A DNA stretch of 58,242 nt, counting the filler, from Dugesia japonica (lineage: Eukaryota), in the NCBI GenBank assembly GCA_001938525.1. It is 6 parts of 6 records of this genome, joined end to end, with 100 filler letters (N's around TTAATTAATTAA, not from the genome) between each part and the next. Parts side by side here need not be neighbours in the genome. Positions count along the whole stretch, not along the records: positions 49,775 to 58,242 come from MQRL01579992.1; 5 more parts are not named here. One strand, written 5' to 3'. Shown here piece after piece: positions 51,554 through 58,242 of this stretch. The stretch's first letter is position 1; every line of letters begins with the position of its first letter. The translations under genes were made by a program, and so were the position numbers. The notes below the pieces were generated by a model, which saw only the letters and a list, made by a program, of their open reading frames with translations, was not told where the DNA came from and did not search any database.

Positions 51554-53004
51554 ATGAGTACTTTTATACATACAAGCAAATCTGGTTCAACTATTCAATC
51601 AAAGGATTTTAATTTAGAAGATGTTATTAAGCATACTGAGGCTAAATTAGCTAAATCTTTAGAATACAAGTTACATAATAAAATTACTAGTGAGATAAAA
51701 AATCTTGATAAAGTTTATGTAAATGAATCGGGTGATAAAATAAAAAAACTAGAAGTTATTCAAGAACCTAAAACTGATAATGATGTTGTAAATAACAAAT
51801 ATTTAAAGAAATATACTGATCAATTTAAAAAGGATCTTCTTCGTGATACAGATAATAAACACAGTTTAGAATAGATACATTTATTACTAGAGTAAATGAA
51901 ATGATGGAAACTAAAATATCAAAATTTAAATCTAAATTAGATAAAGAAATTAAAGCTTTAATAGATAAAGAAATAAGTTCTTTAAAGGATACAGTGAAAA
52001 AAATCGAGATAAAATCAAATGATAAAGTTAATCAAGTTACATTTAATACTTTTAAACAAGATCAGGATAAAGAAATGGAATCTTTAAAAGATAGCGTGAA
52101 AGATGTTGAGTTAAAACCAAATGATAAAATAAATCAACTTACATTTAATACATTTAAACAATATCAAGAAACAATGATTACTAATAAATTAAATAATAAT
52201 AATTTACCATTACCTTTCTTTAAAAATTTATATATTAATACTTTTAATAGTGATTTATTAGCATACATTAATAATAAAAGAGCATATGAGAAAACTTTAT
52301 AGTTTAAAAATTAGGTTTTGGTTATCATCTCATTTTCACTTTGGTATAGATATTATAAATGATCATTTAAATTATGAAGATTTAAGTGGTAATGGATTAA
52401 CTATAAAAAGAAAACCTGATTTAAGATTGAGAAATACACCATTAGACAATACCACTTCCCATAAATGTTTTTATTTAAATAAAAAAGATCCGTTTATTTC
52501 TAATTTATGAATTTAGACGTAACTTTGTTTTTATTATTCTTTTTAATAGAGAAAGTTATTCTGATTCCAAAGGCGCGTTTATTAAAGGAGGTGAATCAAA
52601 TAAAAATATAATAGAAGAATATAAAGGATATACAAATTATACAATACGAATAATTATATCATGATCAAAAAATTAATTTAACTTTCTTGAATTATCCTCC
52701 TAAACCTTATCCTAATTTATTATATATCGAAAAGAAAGGAAATCAAATTATTCTTAATCAAAATAATCGTCAAAATGAACAATGCATTAATATAAAAAAA
52801 GATTTTGAATTTGGTAAACTAGTTATAGGAGATATAAATACGAGCGGATATATTTATGAGTGTTTATGTTATGAAGCTAGCGACAAAATAAATAACAATG
52901 ATATATTTAGACAATTTTTCGCCCTTTATACTACACAAGCAAGAGTAGCTCGTGATGTTAATAATAATAATAATGAAACAATTATAAAAGCAAAGTTTTA
53001 TTAA
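51554..53004 (+). pseudogene. Putative fibre/spike protein: stalk motifs, coiled coil, LamG/ConA-like C-terminal domain (4 frameshifts)
   Basis: VYVNESGDKI and PKTDNDVVNNKYL stalk-type motifs; duplicated 34-aa repeat; IRFWLSS..EDLSGNG and LVIGD...GYIYECLCY. The ORF-track pieces join by single-base shifts. Confidence 0.6.
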
Positions 53005-53055
53005 AGCATAAAATATTAATTTTATTAAAAATATAAAATCTTAATTTTTTTAAAA

Positions 53056-53675
53056 ATGGAGAAAGAATATGATAGTATTTATCCTGATACAAATGAAGAA
53101 GATAAATATTTAGATCAACCAGTAAAAACTGCATCTTTAGCTGATTATAAGAACAAACTTAAAACATTAAGAATTAAAGATTTTGTAAATGATTTAACAT
53201 TCTTAACTGATAAAATAAATCATTATAATAAATTATATAGAAGATGGAAAATGTTTGATANNNNNNNNNNNNNNNNNNNNNNNNNNNNNNNNNNNNNNNN
53301 NNNNNNNNNNTTTATTTGGTGCAGCAGGTATAACAATAACCGTTTTAGCTACAAGTGGTATAGTTATTTTAACTTTACCTGTTAATATACTTGGTGCATT
53401 TCCTTTACCAAATTTAATTATTCATGGTCTTTTAAACATTGGCTTAATTAAAAGAAGAAAATAAAATATAATGATTTAATTAAAGAATTAGAAACTAGTA
53501 AAAATAAATTATTTCTATATCATCAGAAATGTTTACATAATAATATATTAACAGATGAAGAAATAAATACTAGTAAAACAATTGTTAGTGAAATCAAAAG
53601 TAAAATATTAAAGATTAAAACAGATAGTATAGTTAATAATATTAAAGAAACAGAAAAAAATAATACTTTTTATTA
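53056..53675 (+). pseudogene. Membrane-active (GasderminX-like) Polinton protein
   Basis: Basic helix HYNKLYRRWK, Gly/Ala-rich hydrophobic hairpin, then KKYNDLIKELETSKNKL..KCLHNNILTDEE; gap and frameshift inside. Confidence 0.65.
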
Positions 53676-53805
53676 ACAAAGCTAAAGAAAATGGAATATT
53701 TAATAAAACAAGCTGCGCCAAAAAGTACTAAAGAAAATAAGTTAGAAATAGATTATAATTGTTTAAATTGTAAAAAATTAAAAGTTAAATTTAATATTTA
53801 AAAAA

Positions 53806-54193
53806 ATGTTGCAAATTAATAATCATATTAAAAAAATTGGTATTAACCATGTATTAGAAAATAAAATTAAAGAAGAATATAATAAAATTCCACAACATAA
53901 TAAANNNNNNNNNNNNNNNNNNNNNNNNNNNNNNNNNNNNNNNNNNNNNNNNNNAAAATTGGTATTAACCATGTATTAGAAAATAAAATTAAAGAAGAAT
54001 ATAATAAAATTCCACAACATAATAAAAGGCTGCAATCTAATTTCCTGGCCACTTTATATTTAAATTTATTTCATCCTAGTGAGGTTTATGAAAAATTTAA
54101 CTTTATCGAAGTATTAAAAAATTATAATGTATATAATGGTAATTTATTTACTTGGAATGATCCTCGTGCAAATCTCTATAATCGATGGGTGTA
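53806..54193 (+). CDS. Small hypothetical viral protein (spans a gap with duplicated flanks)
   Basis: MLQINNHIKKIG..NKRLQSNFLATLYLNLFHP..WNDPRANLYNRWV* once the gap duplication is collapsed. Confidence 0.45.
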
Positions 54194-54235
54194 AGATGTG
54201 TAATTAGTCAATTAAATTTTTAATTATAATAAAAT

Positions 54236-54556
54236 ATGTCAAACGAAATGATTAATTATTTTGTTAATAGTAAAGAATTTAAAAATGAAATTAACGATGA
54301 TTATATAGCTGTGAATAATTTATCACATGCAAATAAAATAGCATTAGCACCTGAATTATTTGTAAAATTAAAACAATGTGAAGCAGCTGTAAAATTAGCT
54401 GGTCAAACAATTATTAATTTAGATATTGAAAATGAGGTTTTGGTTCAACAACTAGAAAAGTATGATAAATATGATCAAGAAGTAATAGATAAAGCAATTA
54501 AATTAAAAGAATTAGAAGAATCTGATAAAGATCATCATCATAGATTAAAACGTTGA
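54236..54556 (+). CDS. Hypothetical coiled-coil viral protein
   Basis: Intact 106-aa ATG ORF in the viral gene run. Confidence 0.55.
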   Translation: MSNEMINYFVNSKEFKNEINDDYIAVNNLSHANKIALAPELFVKLKQCEAAVKLAGQTIINLDIENEVLVQQLEKYDKYDQEVIDKAIKLKELEESDKDHHHRLKR

Positions 54557-54793
54557 TTATTTCAAATTTTAGACCAGTGTAAGAATATAAAATAAAATAA
54601 TAAAGCAAATATTGAACCAATAAATAAAATACTTTGATTTTTATCTCTCTCTTCTATAATATTAACCAATATATTTAACTTATTGCAAATATAGCTTAAC
54701 TGCGCCGATTTTATCTCAATTTCAAAGCGTACGAGATGTTTATTCATCTCATAAAATATTTCTTCATCTGTTTGTTTTCTTGTATTGTTTTTG

Positions 54794-55237
54794 TTAATAT
54801 TTGAATTTTTTATTGTTGGTAATTGACCGCGGTTGATCGTGGTTGTTTGAAGTCAGGATTGTCCGCGGTTTGTCGCGGCCAATTTGAGACAATGCGAAAA
54901 AGTGATTTGTTAGATATTCAAGTTCTTTATCAGTAAAATCAATTAAAAAGTTTAAATGTTCAAAATCAATAATTGATGCATTATGTATCACTATAAAATT
55001 AATTAAATCTTTATTACTTTGCTTTGAATATAAAGATTGTAATAAATATATAAACGATTTTAAATATCGCATATATTTATAGTAAGTTTTTCTTTTTATT
55101 TGAAAATCTGTTTCTAATGTAAAAGCTTCTAACATTTTCGGCACGCTTTTGAATTGTTTATTCTGTTGTAATAAAAATATTGATGCAATAATATTATAAA
55201 TTTCTATAAATGTTTTCTTGTTATTAGGAACAGGCAT
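54794..55237 (-). CDS. Hypothetical viral protein
   Basis: Intact 147-aa ATG ORF downstream of pPolB. Confidence 0.55.
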   Translation of the reverse strand: MPVPNNKKTFIEIYNIIASIFLLQQNKQFKSVPKMLEAFTLETDFQIKRKTYYKYMRYLKSFIYLLQSLYSKQSNKDLINFIVIHNASIIDFEHLNFLIDFTDKELEYLTNHFFALSQIGRDKPRTILTSNNHDQPRSITNNKKFKY

Positions 55238-55488
55238 TTTTATATATATTAAATTCGATTATTATTTAAATTATCATTATAAAATCTTTTATCTATTTTG
55301 ATTAGACTTTAAAATTATATATTCTTGAAGCTTTGTTGTTTTTTCGCCATTTATTTTAAAATAATTTATTACATCTTGAAATTCTTCTTCATTTAAGATA
55401 TAATAATGCTCATTATCTTTATTACAATAATTTTCATTCATATTTTTTATAATTTTTATTAATATTCATTAAAAAGTTAAATTAATAT

Positions 55489-58242
55489 TTATGTTAAATA
55501 ACTTCCATTGCAATATGGAATGTTAATTATACTATTGCAATAAAACCTTTTTTCATCATATAGATATTTTATTTTGTTTTATTGTATAAACTTTATGTAA
55601 TTTTGATCTAATATTATAATTAATATTATATTGCAAATTTCAGTTCTTTATTGCATCTTTGTAATTACTCATATGTATTTCTTTATCGACAACACTTTTA
55701 CTCGTTCCTTTATTTTTCTTTTTCTCTTTATTATCTTCATTTATAAAACAATATGATTTTGATTTTAAAGCACAAAATTCTTTCATTAATTTACCTCCTA
55801 ATTCATCTGCAAAATAACCAATTACATTTTTACATATAGTCAAATATTCTTGAGTTAATTGTAATTCTCTTGCAACAGCGCTATTTATATCATAATTTCT
55901 GAAGTCAAATATTTATTTAAAATTCTTTTCTCTTATTTCTTTATATAAATCATCTGATTTGATATTAAACATGCAACTATCCGTATCTGAATATAATGGT
56001 GTAATATCTAATTTAGGATTTAATTCTTCATAAAACGTTTGATACATATGTAACTTTGATAATTCTAATATAATAAATCCAATATAAATTGGTTTATTCT
56101 TTTATATTTGTTTCTTCACAAAGTGACAAGCAAAGAGATTTTCATCAAATTGTTTTAAACTTTTAAATGTTGGTTTAGAAGTTCTTTTTATCAATTGCTC
56201 TGATGTATTAACTAATTCTATATATTTTCTTATTCTTAAATTCTTAATTGTTTTACCGAAGAAGCCGTTATTCATTAATTTCCATAAATCTTTCTCAAAG
56301 TCAGTTGTTGCAGCAGTTCTTTTTCTTGTATTATAATCTATATAATCTTTTAACCATGGTTTTTCTCTAAATGAAACTACTTCGTGTATCTTTGTTACAA
56401 CCATTACTTTTTGAAAATAGTATTCTAGATTTTTCCAATATGTAATACTTTTTCGGATTTAAATCTAAAACTAATTTATCTGTTTCAACAAACTTTTGTT
56501 TTGATTGAATTAATAAATTTCTTTGATAATTAGATAATCCATTTCTATTTATCTTTCTTTTTTCTGGAACTCATAGATATTTCATATTAGCTATTTTTGC
56601 CGCGTCATCTTTATATTGTAAATCAACTTGAAAATCATAACCAACTCATTATTATGTATTTATTTTCCTTTATTAAATATAAATGATAATGCTTGCATCG
56701 GATTTTGATTCATTTTATCAAGTGCTTCTCTTCCCGCTTGTTCAAATTGACTATAAGGCAAAGCTTGAATAATTGAATGACCATATAATTTATTCGCATC
56801 GATATATAATAAAAAATTTGATTCTAAACTTTCTTTCAGTTTACTAGTATTTTCTCTTTCTATTTTAAAATCATTTAATATATTTTGAAATTCTTTTTCA
56901 TCAGGGTATTCATAATATTCAAAATCTCCATTAATATATTTATTATTCGCTTTAACATATCTCTCTTTTAATATCGTTGAGATTCCTCTTATTTCTCTTT
57001 CAAAGAACTCGAAAAATTCCTGTGCATGTAATAAATCTAATGAAATTCCTGTGTTTTAAACCTTTTTTACATGTTAATTGAGAGCAGAAATAAAATAAGC
57101 TAAATTTAATTCATTTATGCTTCTAAATTTTTCCATTGCATCAGCCATAATATATACATCCACTTTATTATATAGAATTGTATAATCAAGGAAATTCTGA
57201 CATCTAAATATTTGATAAACGTATTTATATCTTTTATATTCATCTTCGGTTATTCCTTTTCATTTAAAGTTGAATAAAACGATTCTATTGGTAAAGGAAA
57301 AAATCTACCATTTAAATAATAATGTGTTTTATATTATTTTGATGGTTTATCAATCTATTCGTATTGATAAATTTCTTTTTTCTTGATTAAGTCAAATGAT
57401 GCATCAGAAGAAACTGATTCGAGAATTGCTGATTCTATATTTAATCCTCCACTTATATTATTAGTTATTTCTGTATTTATAGGATTACTAATAATATCAT
57501 TCGTAGTATTTCCTGAAGTTAATCTTATAATATCTCGAATTAATCTAAATAATTCTTCTTTACAAAAATTATATAATACTTTACTTTCTTCTTTTGTTAA
57601 TGATTTTGATATTCCCTCTATTGAGTTTTTCAACATTCGATAACTATCTAAAAATCTCACTTTCCCATATAAAATTGACAAATAATTCTCTCCTGTTTTA
57701 GGTATTATATCTATTTCATCTACCTGTCCCTTTAATTTAGTTTTCTTTGCTAATACTTTTATAATTAATTGAAAATCATATCCACTTCCATTTTGAAAGT
57801 ATATGGGTAAAAATAAATTCTTCAAACTTAGATTTTAATTACAGCTTTTATGTGCTGCTCCTCTATATTTTCCATTAAAGTGGTCGTGGTCTAATACCTT
57901 ATCCCCACACAAAGGTTTTTCACAAATCCAACAATCAGAAGAATTAGCATAATTAATCAAATCATCTTCTGTTGGATTTGCTTTTATAGGTTTTTAAAAA
58001 ATAATTCAAGTATGTTATACATTGCATTTTCTATTCCGATGACAAATTTAATAAACTCTTCCATACAGTTATATCAATAGAAAACTTTAATACAATCTTG
58101 CACTATTTCTTGATATAAAGATTTAAAATAGATCGTAATTGTATCTGGAATATTGTTTTTAACTATTATTGTGTTAGTAGTGATAAAATATATCTTGGTC
58201 TATAAGCTAAATTTGCTAATTTCACAGAATAGGTTGATTCTT
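55489..58242 (-). pseudogene. polB: Protein-primed family B DNA polymerase with endonuclease VII-like Zn domain; disrupted, 5' end outside the window
   Basis: CWICEK..VLDHDHFNGKYRGAAHKSCN*, FQNGSGYD, FLDSYR, YNKVDVYIMAD, YIDANKLYG, KLMNNGFFGKT, KPIYIG, YSDTDS, FADE, ALKSKSY, KNKG, DEKR; several frameshifts and stops. Confidence 0.95.

Larger units (their letters stand above)
49775..58242. mobile_element. Polinton/Maverick (adintovirus-like) endogenous virus segment
   Basis: Dense intronless genes: core-like protein, adenain protease, fibre-like, membrane-active protein on + converging with pPolB on -. Confidence 0.93.

Noticed and set aside
53835-54026. Direct repeat inside the viral segment
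   Set aside because: Gap-flanking overlap; collapsing it restores a single ORF.
57383-57643. 86-aa plus-strand hydrophobic ORF
   Set aside because: Antisense to conserved pPolB coding sequence.

Overview
AT-rich, repeat-dense eukaryotic (animal-like) DNA. It is not one locus: six separate contigs (1-8386, 8487-17525, 17626-26317, 26418-37982, 38083-49674, 49775-end) are joined by artificial 100-bp N44-TTAATTAATTAA-N44 linkers. The last contig is a decayed Polinton/adintovirus-like virus genome segment. Its + strand carries a core-protein-like gene, an adenain protease, a fibre-like gene with a LamG-like head and a membrane-active (GasderminX-like) gene, which converge on a minus-strand protein-primed PolB. 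A second, diverged pPolB remnant lies at ~14.7-15.6 kb next to an RLE retrotransposon end. Host genes: one Pim-kinase exon with conserved intron positions, a five-exon secreted Cys-rich repeat gene, and an 84-bp-repeat acidic ORF. Many TE relics are present (hAT, mariner, pogo, Penelope, Gypsy, NeSL/R2-like, several MITEs). The least explained signal is a four-block spliced gene or element with no family I recognise. It occurs as two diverged copies on different contigs (~380-2090 minus; ~45550-47225 plus) and has stop codons at matching positions. All family assignments come from motif recognition by eye, not database searches.
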